Positions 42,918-54,173 of a stretch of 64,000 bases of DNA are shown piece by piece. The notes beneath the pieces are model-generated. The model was not told the DNA's origin. It saw only the letters and a program-made list of their open reading frames with translations, and ran no database searches. The stretch spans positions 49,724,001-49,788,000 of the forward strand of contig OX638156.1 of assembly GCA_951804945.1 (NCBI GenBank), in the 5' to 3' direction. This DNA is from Podarcis cretensis. Its lineage: Eukaryota. A program made the translations under genes and the position numbers. How positions within the stretch are numbered: position 1 is the first letter of the stretch; each line of letters starts with the position of its first letter.

Positions 42918-43153
42918 CAGTTGTACCTTGGTTCTCAAATGCTCTGTGACTCAAACGTTTTGGCTCCCGAATGCCGCAAATACAGAAGTGTTCCAATTTA
43001 CAAACTTTTTTGGAAGCCAAACATCCAATGAGGCTTGCGCGGCTTCCAATTGAGTGCAGGAAGCTCCTGCAGCCAATCAGAAGCCGTGCCTCAGTTTTTG
43101 AAAGTCAAATGGACTTCCGGAATGGATTCTGTTCAAGAACCAAGGTACGACTG
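42918..43153. mobile_element. Tc1/mariner (Tigger-like) MITE
   Basis: TIRs CAGTTGTACCTTGGTTCT / AGAACCAAGGTACGACTG; TA TSD. Confidence 0.85.
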
Positions 43154-45482
43154 TATTGTTCTTTGGAATTTAAAATGCATGTGTCTGTAAATACATCTCA
43201 TACACAGTAAATTATATCCAAGTTTACTGTTACCATGATGTAATAATACTTACAGAGTGGACACATTTTTAGACCAGTCAAACACGCAAACCTTAGTTTC
43301 AATTAGCACAGCTAAACATGAGCAAGAAAGTGTCATTAACATTGTGAAGACAATTTTCATGCCGATGTGACATCTTACTCCTGAGTACCTGATGGAGACA
43401 ATCAGGGTTTCATTCAAGTCCTTTTCGTGCAGACAGCTCTGCCCCTTTCAGGCTCTTTATTATGGCTGTTTCTCAGGCCTTTTCAAAGCAAGGACAGCAG
43501 AGCCTGAGTGGGACAGTTCCAGAAGGGTGGGACATCCCCTCCCCCACTTTCCCAGTACAGCCTTAAGCAGACTACTTCCAGTATACTCCCAGCCCAGTGG
43601 GTGACTAAAAACTGAGCCCAGCACTCAATGGACACCAGCACTGCTGCTGCTTCTCACATGTGACCGAACCCAGAGCTGATTCCAAATGCACTTGCAGGCC
43701 CAACAGGTAGCCACTGAGCCCAAACGATGAAACTCAGGAAAAGTCTATGCTATTATTTAAAACCATGCGAAGATGCTAGGTAGCCCAACTCAAGGCCTCT
43801 TTTAAAGGTGCTTCATCAGTACAAGTCACATTACAGTGGGCTGTGGCTCTCTTTTAGTTGAGCATTCAAACTGTGACTACACCAATCCATTCAGAGATTA
43901 CACTTGTTAAGGGTTGTGCAATAAATAACGGTCAGAAATTCTAAACTACGCAGCTCTAGACTGAGCACTCAGCATCTGTAGATGCCTACATTTTTGACTG
44001 ATGCATTTCATAAAAACTACAAAATGTGGTTAGATGTTCAACAAGCTACAGAAACCACTGCAAGTTCTCTCTTATTGCTTGTGAAATCCACTTGTGCCAG
44101 CCCATTGGTTTCCCAAGCTGATTTTGTAAGGGCCTCCTCACATCCACCTTCAAAAGAAGGTGGCTGTCAAGTAGGAGAAACAAAAGAAGGACACATGCCT
44201 TTCAGGTCATGCTGCTGCTGCTAGCTACAGAGCTGGAAGGGGACCTCACAAATCATCCTAGTACAACCTCTTGCAGATGGATGGAGGACACCTATTACTA
44301 CACACACCAGCCCCAGAAGGTTTTAAAACAGAAGCTGGATGGCCACCATCTTCCAAGGTATTCTGAACTGCATCTCTTTGGTAGGCTAAACAGTCCTACC
44401 TGTCAAGAAGACTGTGGGTGAAAGACATGGTCTCTGATGAACCTTTCACTTATGAAGACAGCCCTGTATCAGGAAGTTTTTTATGCTTGACATCTTATGT
44501 TTTTATATGCGCTGAAAACCCAACCGGATGGGTGGGGCATTATTATTATTATTTGAAAACTTCAGCATTAATTTTTTTCCTTTAACATTGATTTCCCGCT
44601 TTTCCATCCCAAAACAGAATGTTCAAACCACTGAACCACCATCATAAATCCTAATACCAATAAAACAGCACAACTCACTCTAATGCAGCAGCAATATAAA
44701 AATCCAAGGCGTACACAGAGGAAAAACATCTGAAGAATGCATGGCTCAAGCCATACTGTTCTGACCTGTTGCCTGAAGAGAAAAAGGAGGCCATCGGCTG
44801 AGCCCATGGAGAAGAGTCTCATAACCAAGGAGCCTCCACCATCACCAAGAAAGCCTAACCGCCTATGTCCACATGCCATAGGTGGGGCCCAGAGCAGGGC
44901 TTCCCTTCAGCAGCATCTGCAGCAAGCAGGCAGTCACCTACAAAGGAGCTGATTTCATGGAGTTCCAAACTATCCAGGCAGGGACTGACTATAGGTCAAG
45001 TTTTCTTGAACTCTAATACAGTAATATGCTCTTAAGCCCTTTCTTGGGATCAAATGGCTGTTTTCATTCCTGCTAGCAGAAATAGTTCCCCTATCCCGGT
45101 CCTGTATACTGGGTGATTTTACATTTATCCAACCAACCTCATTCTGTTAACTATATTTCTGGACTTTGCTTCCAAATCAACATCCAAAAACAATTCCCCT
45201 TCTTCAAAAGCCTCCCTTTCTGCTACTGAGAACAAACATGCTTCCCAAGACACTCCTCTAGCACTGCCCCCCACAACACAATATGAAGTCGACAAGAAGT
45301 CTGCAGCCTCCCTTCAGAGATGGTCCATGTGCTGGCTGAAAGCAGAGGACTCTGTTCAGGCAGAGAGATCTCATCAGAGCTCTCTATAGCCACCAGTCTC
45401 CAAACTGGAGGCTTCTCATTAAGGGAATATTTACAGTTATATATTCTTTCATTCCACAATTTACATTTGCCACCAACATAGG

Positions 45483-45668
45483 GACATAGTAAGTTGCCTT
45501 CTGTTGTGTCAGACCACTGGTCCATCAAGCTCAGAACGGTCCACACTGACTAGCAGTTGTTCTCCAGGCTTTCAGGTAGGGGGTCTCTCCCAGCCCTACC
45601 TGGAGATTGACCCTGGCACCTTCTACTTGCAAAGCTGGTGCTCCACTACTGAGCCGAATTCCTTCCCC
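45483..45668 (-). mobile_element. tRNA-derived SINE copy
   Basis: Same family as 250-425. Confidence 0.75.
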
Positions 45669-47117
45669 ATGCCATTATTCCTTCATGAATGTTATTAGAT
45701 GATTTATGTCCCTCCACAGAGTATCCAATGTGGTTTATGGAAAATAAACCACAGCACAAACTGCAGGTGTTGCAGGATAATGGAGACTGACTAGACTTTC
45801 AGGTCTGATCTTCTGGCGACAGAGAAGCAGAATTATTTCCCTTTTCCCAAGTGCTAACCAGGGTAGACCCATACCTGCTAGAGAGTCTTGTTCCATCTCA
45901 TGCCTTCCAACCCACTTACTGCCAAATCTGTGTGGATTCCTTAGGAAAGGAAGTTGTTGCCATAATTACACAGGAGGATCCTGGTGGATCAGAGCAAGCA
46001 CACGACCCACAGTGAGCCAGCTCCTTCCATGTTTCATGAGCCAGCTTGAGTTTCCATCCAAAGCTCTGCTAAATGAACAAACCCACTCCCAGTTAAGAAG
46101 GAGGCTCTCAGGCTGCTTCTAGGATCCAGAAGTACTCATGATCCAACTTCTACTAAGACGCTTTGGAAGAGATTCTTAGTTAATCACAACCTTCCAGAGT
46201 AGCCAACATACCACAAGTGCCTTTATTAAGTCGATGGCATTTTAAAAATAATCTCTGGTAAACAGATGTTTAGTAAGAAATGCTCTGATAGCTATCTGTC
46301 TAATGTGGCATTCACTCACCAGGATGGAATTTCTGGTTGCCTATGACTACCAGGTGAGTTGTTACATGCAAGGCTGTCCTAAAGCTCATCTTGCAATACT
46401 AAAGTTGACCCCACCTCTCTTCAGGTACTCCAAGGTATGAGTCACAAGATAAACCAAATATAAGAACTCTTTCAAAGTAGCAACACTCTTAACGGAACTT
46501 TCACAATGAGGGTGGGCCCTGATACATAGCAGGATGAAGCAGCGCACTTCAGGCAACATAATGGGAGTGGCCAAAGCTAGAGGGAGGCTGTACTGTTGTT
46601 TGAATGGTACAGGGTTAGCCCTACAGAACAGAAATTTGAGATCTACCTCAGGCAGCAAGAGGTCTCAAGACAGCACTGTTCAGATTACAAACAGTTTCTG
46701 ACTGCAGGTCCCAAAAAAACTCTCAGAAGATGCCCAACCTGAGGAAACAATAAAAAACAGGTCTTTGGTTCAAAAACACTTGCAACTACTCCTAAAATCC
46801 AACTATGCCATAAGATGGTCAACATGCAAGCCAACACACAAAGTAAAGTTTATTAACTATGTTTGGGAGGAGAGACACAGAACGCAATTCACCACCTCAA
46901 TGCAGGTACACCCTGAATTAACAGCCAGACATTGTTAACAAAAACAGTGACAGTGCAACCATACTGCTGGAAAGAAAGTGTACTACCAATACAAAAACAT
47001 TCAGAATAAGCTCACAGCAGTGTTAGAAACTATGATATGTAAGTTAGGTGCCAAAGGGTTCCTTAAACCAAGGTTACAGTCACCAAAACGGAATATCTAG
47101 TTGCCATTTGAAGGTAA

Positions 47118-47475
47118 AAGGTAAAGGTAAAGGTACCCCTGCCCGTACGGGCCAGTCTTGACAGACTCTGGGGTTGTGCGCCCATCTCACTTAAGAGGCC
47201 AGGGGCCAGCGCTGTCCGGAGACACTTCCGGGTCACGTGGCCAGCGTGACATCGCTGCTCTGGCGAGCCAGAGCCGCACACGGAAACGCCGTTTACCTTC
47301 CCGCTGGTAAGCGGTCCCTATTTATCTACTTGCACCCGGAGGTGCTTTCGAACTGCTAGGTTGGCAGGCGCTGGGACCGAGCAGCGGGAGCGCACCCCGC
47401 CGCAGGGATTCGAACCGCCGACCTTTCGATCGGCAAGTCCTAGGCGCTGAGGCGTCCCACAGCGCCACCTGCGTC
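47118..47475 (-). mobile_element. Sauria SINE (Squam1-type), young full-length copy
   Basis: (ACCTTT)n tail, B-box GGTTCGAATCCC, CpG-rich; 11-bp TSD TTTGAAGGTAA (47107-47117 and 47476-47486). Confidence 0.9.
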
Positions 47476-48959
47476 TTTGAAGGTAAGATGGCTCTAAAGT
47501 CTTATTTTTCAAATGGCAGACTAATTGTGATTATCAATGAAACACCTGGCTAGTTCAGATGACTACCTTGAACTAGGTTAAGAACTTTGAGAACTTAAAG
47601 AAGAAAAGTCACTTGATGCAGGGACAGTCCACATACATATTGGCCTATTCCTACGTCTTTTTCTGAATGGTGACACTGACCATTCAGAACATAGGAATGT
47701 TCTTCACAACTGTGACAAGGTCAGTGGGGTGGGGTAAGTGAAGACAAACTACAATAATTAACTAACGTTGCTCCTGCTCAGGCTGCACAGAAAAAGCATT
47801 TTGGTTCCAGAAATTCATTCTGATTGTGCAGATAAAATATAACTCATAGAATTCTACAGGATGTGGTATTAATGTGTGAAAACAGCCAAGAGCCAATGAT
47901 TCCCAGGCATACATCTCCAGATGGTGGGTATGCCAGGCGCCATCCTAGCATCAGGGCATCTTCACTTGGTTGCGAGTGGTCAACAGTCAGGTGCAAAATG
48001 CACCTGGCTAATTTTGGACACTTGCCCATAGCCAACAGAAATTCAACAAAAGTTAAGACCACTGTATTCAGACAAAAGACAAGCAGACTCTAGCTGCAAT
48101 ACTATCTAAAAGCAAATCTTCCATCTCATGATTTATCTTTGAACTACACCAAAGTTAGTCAATGTAACAATTCTGCCCAATCGTCACAATTTCTTTCAAG
48201 AGAAACAGGATTTTCACCGTACACTAGTTAGACATTTTATAAAAAAGAGGCCCTCTGCCAGACAGGTCCTGTTAATCATTAGTTATAAGGTAGCACCATC
48301 ATTCCACATGATGCTTAGCAGAGAATCACATCAATATGAGCTTACAGTTTCTAAATTTTAAATGGCAGATGAAGGAGAAATGTGAGCAAATACTCCATGT
48401 TGCAACAATGAAGGTGAAACCAAAGGCATTAAACAACAGGCTTCAAAGTGAAAATGTGTTTTGAGGAAGTGTTTGAAGAGGAGAAGAGAAAGAGATATAG
48501 GGTGTCACAAAGGGTTTCTTGCAAGGAGTTCCAGTCTAGGGGACAGAAAACTGGGCAATCAAGCTGCAGCAACTAAGGATATGGGTAAGAATATCCATAT
48601 TAAAATAAAGTTAAGTTTCAGAAGGTCTGCAGATGTTGAGTAACCCTCTTCCAAATGTTACTCATCTACAAGAATATTGCTAGATAACTCCTTCACAATC
48701 ATTAACCTCAGTAGGAAAGCAGCTTATCTCATTTGTAAGACCCTTAGGAATTCTTACAATCAAATGGAATAAAACTTTTGTTAAATAATAATTTTAAAAA
48801 ATTTCCCTCTCAACAGGAGGGCAAGAAAAGGAACTGCAATGGCTTCTTCAGGTCAAGTTGACAGGTGAGCCAGCTGGCTGGACTGCCCTCTCGCTTCCCA
48901 GCACCCACTCCTGGTCTTGGCCTTCCCTTTCCCCAGCGCTCACTGAACAGACATTCTTT

Positions 48960-50500
48960 GCAAAGCGTCGGAATCCACATCCAACAGCCTTGAGCCTTTG
49001 CCTAGTGTCGACCCTGCCTTAATCGGGCGTGACTCTCACGTCTCTTTCCCCGACGAGGTGTTCCTAAGCCCCTTGTTCACAAAGCCTGTCAAGGGGCGAG
49101 TCGAGTCTCTTTCTTCATGCCTCGGATAGGAGCCGATCCGATCGTCGGAAGCCCGGGCGAGCTATACGGGGTGAACTCCGGCGCGGCGCGGGGAGAAGAC
49201 TCTCCTCGTCTATAACAGAAGAGGCCACAGGCACTTCCGCCGACAGCAGAGACAGAACTGGCCGGGCGAGGAGAAAAACGCCTCGAATAGCGGGAGGGAA
49301 GTCATGGGCTAAGGAGCACCGCCTAGGCTGGTCTTTGCTCGAGACGCGGCGGCGCGGAGAAGGGAAGCGGACGAAGGAACAGCCACCTCTTGCCCGGGAG
49401 GGCGAAGAGCCGCTCCGGCAGGAGCAGCAGCCCCGCCAGGCCTCACGAGCCAGCTGGCAAGTCAGACGGCAGCAACCCTCGCGGAACACGGTAGCGCGCT
49501 CCCTTCTTGCGCTAGGAACCGGCGCTTCTCCCCTTAGCCAGCCGACCCACCCACCGACCGGAAAGCGGCCGGGCCCTCGGCGGCCAAGGCTCAGTCAGTC
49601 CCGGGAGGCGGGGCGGGAAGCGGCGGCGGCTGGGCCTTGCCCCGGGCAGCGGCGGCGGGCCCACGATCTTACCGCCGAAGTAGAAGCAGCAGCAGCAACA
49701 CCTACCCTGCCTGGCAGCGCCCCTCCTCTCTCCCCGCGCGGCACTCACCGGGCCGGATCCCTACGGCGAAGGCGGCGGCGGCAGTAGCTAGAGCCTGGCA
49801 TCCAAAATGGCGGCGGCGCGGCCTCAGCACCGATACCGCAGGCGGAGGAATCTGGAGACCGGGACTCACTGACTGCCCTCTCTCAGAGCACGGCGCGGCG
49901 ATAGCCTGCTGCATCCATTAACGTTGCTGCGTCCTCCGTCGCCGCCGGCCGGCGCGTTTCGTGGCCAAACAGAATGCTCGGCGCTTGGAACCGCGGTAAC
50001 TGGCCCCAGAACTCGTTTCCTCCGCGGAAGTATCTGTAGCGGTGTCACACGATTAGCGGTGAGACTGCGCCGTGGCAGGTAGTGATGACGTCAGACGCCT
50101 GCCTAGTCACCGCTGCGGCTGTGCTCACGACATGCGTCCGGCCGGGTCGTATTAGCGAAGTTTAAAGTTCCGTTCTGGATATGGAACTTGCCCACAGCCC
50201 AAGAAGCGAAGCGCCTGCCCGTCCTTCGAGGAAAAAACCAGCTGTCAGGGCGACTGAAGCGTCTTCGCCAATTGCGAATTGCCGGGGGCCAGTAGCGGGG
50301 CCAAGTCCGTACAGAGCACGTGCTTTCCTAGCAAGCTCAATCTTAAGCAAGTTTACTCGGAAATATATCCCAGTGCTTTGGACATACACAGGACTGCAGG
50401 CTTTGCACGGAGCTCCAGTGTCCCGTTTCTGAGGTCGCAGAGAGACGAAGAAGCTTGCTGGCAAGCGCCTTGTTTGAAGGTGGAGAGCCTCCCGGCTCAA
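48960..50500 (-). promoter_or_regulatory. AP1G1: CpG island: AP1G1 promoter and non-coding exon 1
   Basis: Donor GTGAGT at 49748; YY1 motif CAAAATGGCGGC at about 49803-49814; perfect CRE TGACGTCA at 50086-50093. Confidence 0.8.
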
Positions 50501-50743
50501 CCTCCTCTGATTTGCGTGGAACAGTTTTCGCTAATGTGGCCGATACATCCATTTCAGCTCTGGCCTCTCTTAAGGCTCTACAGTTCCGCGGCTAGTATTA
50601 AGGTTTGGGGACTAGAAAGCCTCGCCACGGAATATATTGGTCACTTCAATCGTTATCTCTGATAGTCAACGTCGGCGGCTTTTTGCACTGCTTCCGCCTT
50701 CCATTAGGGCATCTGGCTAATCGCTGGGAAACAGATGGGGATA

Positions 50744-50915
50744 CTGTAGGAAGCTGTCTTAAATTGAGTCAGTCTCTTGGTCCACTTATCTCAGTATTGC
50801 TTACACTGGTGGTCAACAGCTTTTCACAGTTTTAGGCAGGATTCCTCACTCTGACCTACCTGAAATTCCCTCCAGGATTTTAAGTCTGGTCCTGTCTGCA
50901 CGCAAAAGCACATGC
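50744..50915 (-). mobile_element. Degenerate tRNA-derived SINE copy
   Basis: TAGGAAGCTG...GAGTCAG...CTCAGTATTG family body. Confidence 0.6.
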
Positions 50916-51699
50916 AGCCCTTCCCTTCTTCCCTCCTCCACTTAGTTTGATCTAACGGACAAGCAGAGCTCTTCCTAGGATCTCGCCAGACAGCGGCTTT
51001 TTTTTTTTTTTTTACTTGCAAATCGATGGGCGACAGAACCCCCACTGAGAGCATTCCTCTCTTTCTCACAGACACAAAGGAAAAATAATTAATCAACTCA
51101 ACATCGAGTGACAGCTCTATCCCATCCCATCTACATAGCACCAGCAAGCTGTTCCTGTCCTGGCCAGTATAAGGCCAAGGCCACTTTTATGCTTGAAGGT
51201 TGGAAAGTGCTTCGAGAATTGTTGCCCTTGTAAAAGGAACTCGTGTCGTGCAGAGTCTGTGACTGAAGCGGCCTGGCTCTTTGCGGTTTTGGAAACACTT
51301 ACTGGCTGCCTACCCACACAGAGACCGGTTCCTTGCCAGGATAGCGTGAGGCTCCTATTAAAGGTCTCTCCTCTCTGCTTCCCCTTTCTTGATTTGCTTA
51401 GCGTGATTTTGACTGTGGCCATAATTTACGCATCTTCCCGGTTTAAGGCCTGGAATAGCCAGCCGAGAAGCAGCGCCAGCTTACTCGTTCCTTTCCAATC
51501 CCAGTTTAATACCAGCAAGCCCCGTGGGGGCGCTTCGGTTTTCCTGCCGCAAAGGCACGAGGCTGGCGGCTTCATCATCTTAATAAAGACGCACACCACA
51601 CAGTGGAGAGACCGCTTCAAGTGCACAAGAATCGCTTATTATTTCTCAAGCCAGACCTCAGCAGTCCTTACAACAACCCTACAGGTAGACCAGTTATGG

Positions 51700-52187
51700 C
51701 TCGACGGAGTAGAGCTCGGGGGGATGCCGGGGCGCGACGTCACGTGCAGAGGGGAAGGGCAGGTGCGTTTGTCGCTATAGCGATGCCGCCGCCGCTTCCT
51801 CGGCTGTCGTTATGACAACCGGAGGCGGCGATCACGTCATCACTGTGCGCTGTGCGCGCGCCGTCCTAACGTCATGAGCCTCGGCAGTTCCGGCGCGCCG
51901 TGCAAGGCGGCGGCGGCGGCGGAGAAGAAAGAGGGCGGGGTCAGGCCCGGGGTGGCTGCGGAGTCGGCGGGCAGAGGGATGGCACTCAGCCGTGGAGGCG
52001 GCGGCGGTGGCGGCGGGTGAGCGACAGGAGTGTCCGGGGCTCCCTTCCCCCCGCCGGGCGGAAGCCGCCCGCCTGCCCCCCCCCAGCTGACCCCTGTGCT
52101 CTTCTCTGTGTCTTTGCAGGTGATCCCCCCTTGAGGAGGAGGAGGCGACAGCAGCAGCCCACCTTGCAGCTTCCCGAAGCGAGCGCC
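51700..52187 (+). promoter_or_regulatory. ATXN1L: ATXN1L CpG-island promoter and 5' UTR with a 103-nt intron (52017-52119)
   Basis: CRE/E-box GACGTCACGTG, two X-box-like palindromes, donor GG|GTGAGC, branch-like GCTGAC, pyrimidine tract and TTTGCAG acceptor. Confidence 0.7.
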
Positions 52188-54173
52188 ATGAGAGCGGCTC
52201 AGGAGCGGGGCCAGGAATTCCTCCCCCCCAAGAAGCGCGACCTGCCGGTGGCAGCCAACGACGAAGAGCCGGGGCGGGCGGCTGAGTCGGGTCTGGTGGG
52301 CGGTGGCGGCGGCGAGACCTCTGTGGAATGGTCCCGGGGCTCAGCAACAGGCAGGCAGAGCCAGGCACCTTCACGTTACACGGAGGCTGGTGGCAGCTCC
52401 GACACAGTGACCAGTCTTACCGTGGACCAGTACGGCTTATTGTACAAAGTGGCGATGCCCCCGGCCACCTTCTCACCTGTGGTGAATGTCAGCCCGCTGC
52501 CTCCAGCCTTCAGTATGACCTCGCAGCTGATCCCGCACCCTGGTATCCCCTACTCGCCTATCCATTACACTCAACTTCCTCCTGCTCCCTTGCAGTTTGT
52601 GGGATCACACTACTCTGTACCCTATGCCGCCGCTGTGCCTCCTGGCTTCCTGCCCAGCCACCTTCTGTCCTCTTCAGCCAGCCTTGCTGCCTCTCATATC
52701 CCACACTTTGTGCCCTATGCACCTCTCCTGGCTGAAGACTCTGCTTCTTCTCCACAGGCAGCCCACAGCTTTGGCAAGACCAGTGCCTCAGTTTTGCCTT
52801 CAGGCTCTCTGCAGCCCCATGTTGGAGGTCAGCCACTGGATGTTACACAGGGCCGAATTCCAGTCTATTATCAGATGTCACGTCTGCCAGCAGGCTATTC
52901 ATCATTTGAAGCTTCTGTTGCTGGCCCAAACACTGAGCAGTCTCTGCAGGAGAATCAGCTAGATCCTAAAGTCACAGCAAACGGGGTGCAAAGGTCTGCC
53001 GTGGGGGTGAAGGAAAGTGAGGCTGTAGGACAGTGGCCAAGGACAACGGTAGAGTGCAGCACTGAAGGTACCTTCTTGACAAGCAGTCAGATTTTGAGAA
53101 CAGAGATCTCTGTGCCATCTCAGCGGAGCACCCCAGATACAGACCTGGAGGTGCAGAGGGTGGTTGGAGTGCTTGCTTCCCAGGACTACCCTGTTTGTTC
53201 TGCTCAGCAGAAGGATGGCTTGAGCCCTCTAAACCTTTCCCATCGTAATCCTCCTGAGCAGAAGGCAGAGTCAATGAGGAACCCAGTGGAACTTGTGGTG
53301 GCTGCTACTGCTGAGAAAAGCCACTTTCGGGGACTGTCGGCAAAGTCCCCTGAAGAGCAGCTCCGCCATCGGCAAATACTGAAAGGCATTACAATGGCCA
53401 ATGGTCGGCCAGTCTCAGGGTCCCTCCATCCTGGGGCTCAGGATGGCCTGGGAGGTGCAAGTCCTGAGGGAAGAGCCCATGAGGGACTACCTGACACGGA
53501 ATGTGCCCATTCCCAGAGCCACTTACCCTCCCACTTCATGAAAGGAGCCATCATCCAGCTGGCCACAGGAGAGCTAAAGAGGGTGGAGGACCTGCAGACC
53601 CAGGACTTTGTGCGCAGTGCAGAGGTGAGTGGTGGCCTCAAGATTGACTCCAGCACTGTGGTGGACATCCAAGAGAGTCCCTGGCAGGGCTTCGTCACAC
53701 TGCATTTTGTGGTGGGGGAGCAGCAGAGCAAAGTGAGCATCGATGTGCCCCCTGAGCACCCTTTCTTTGTGTATGGACAGGGCTGGTCCTCATGCAGTCC
53801 AGAGAGGACGAATCGGCTCTTCTCACTCTCCTGCCACAGGCTGCAGGTGGGAGATGTTTGCATCTCCATCAGTTTACAGAGTCTGAATGGGAGGCTTGTG
53901 CCCCAGGCAAGCCCCCAGAGTGCTACCCGAGAGAGACCAGGGCGGGGTGGGGAGAATCTCCAGGAGCTGCAGAAAAACCCATTGGAGAAGGGTGGAGTGG
54001 CAGTGGGCTCCCCCCAGGAATCCACCCACCACGATCCTGTTTCTCTGCATGGTTGGGCAGGCCCCAGCTTCCAAAGGTCTGGGGAGGAGCCCCGGCCACC
54101 ACTCCTCCGCCCTTCATTCATTCCCCAGGAGGTCAAGTTGTCCATCGAGGGCCGTTCAAATGCAGGGAAGTGA
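52188..54173 (+). CDS. ATXN1L: Ataxin-1-like (BOAT1), 661 aa, single coding exon
   Basis: GCCATG; MRAAQERGQEFLPPKKRDLP; STPDTDLEVQRVVG; AXH domain SHFMKGAIIQLATGELKRVEDLQTQDF...LQVGDVCISIS; C-terminus RPSFIPQEVKLSIEGRSNAGK. Confidence 0.98.
   Translation: MRAAQERGQEFLPPKKRDLPVAANDEEPGRAAESGLVGGGGGETSVEWSRGSATGRQSQAPSRYTEAGGSSDTVTSLTVDQYGLLYKVAMPPATFSPVVNVSPLPPAFSMTSQLIPHPGIPYSPIHYTQLPPAPLQFVGSHYSVPYAAAVPPGFLPSHLLSSSASLAASHIPHFVPYAPLLAEDSASSPQAAHSFGKTSASVLPSGSLQPHVGGQPLDVTQGRIPVYYQMSRLPAGYSSFEASVAGPNTEQSLQENQLDPKVTANGVQRSAVGVKESEAVGQWPRTTVECSTEGTFLTSSQILRTEISVPSQRSTPDTDLEVQRVVGVLASQDYPVCSAQQKDGLSPLNLSHRNPPEQKAESMRNPVELVVAATAEKSHFRGLSAKSPEEQLRHRQILKGITMANGRPVSGSLHPGAQDGLGGASPEGRAHEGLPDTECAHSQSHLPSHFMKGAIIQLATGELKRVEDLQTQDFVRSAEVSGGLKIDSSTVVDIQESPWQGFVTLHFVVGEQQSKVSIDVPPEHPFFVYGQGWSSCSPERTNRLFSLSCHRLQVGDVCISISLQSLNGRLVPQASPQSATRERPGRGGENLQELQKNPLEKGGVAVGSPQESTHHDPVSLHGWAGPSFQRSGEEPRPPLLRPSFIPQEVKLSIEGRSNAGK

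Noticed and set aside
51900-52187. 96-aa N-terminal extension of ATXN1L in the ORF track (757 aa)
   Set aside because: Starts at GTG and runs through the 5' UTR intron; homology begins at the ATG at 52188.
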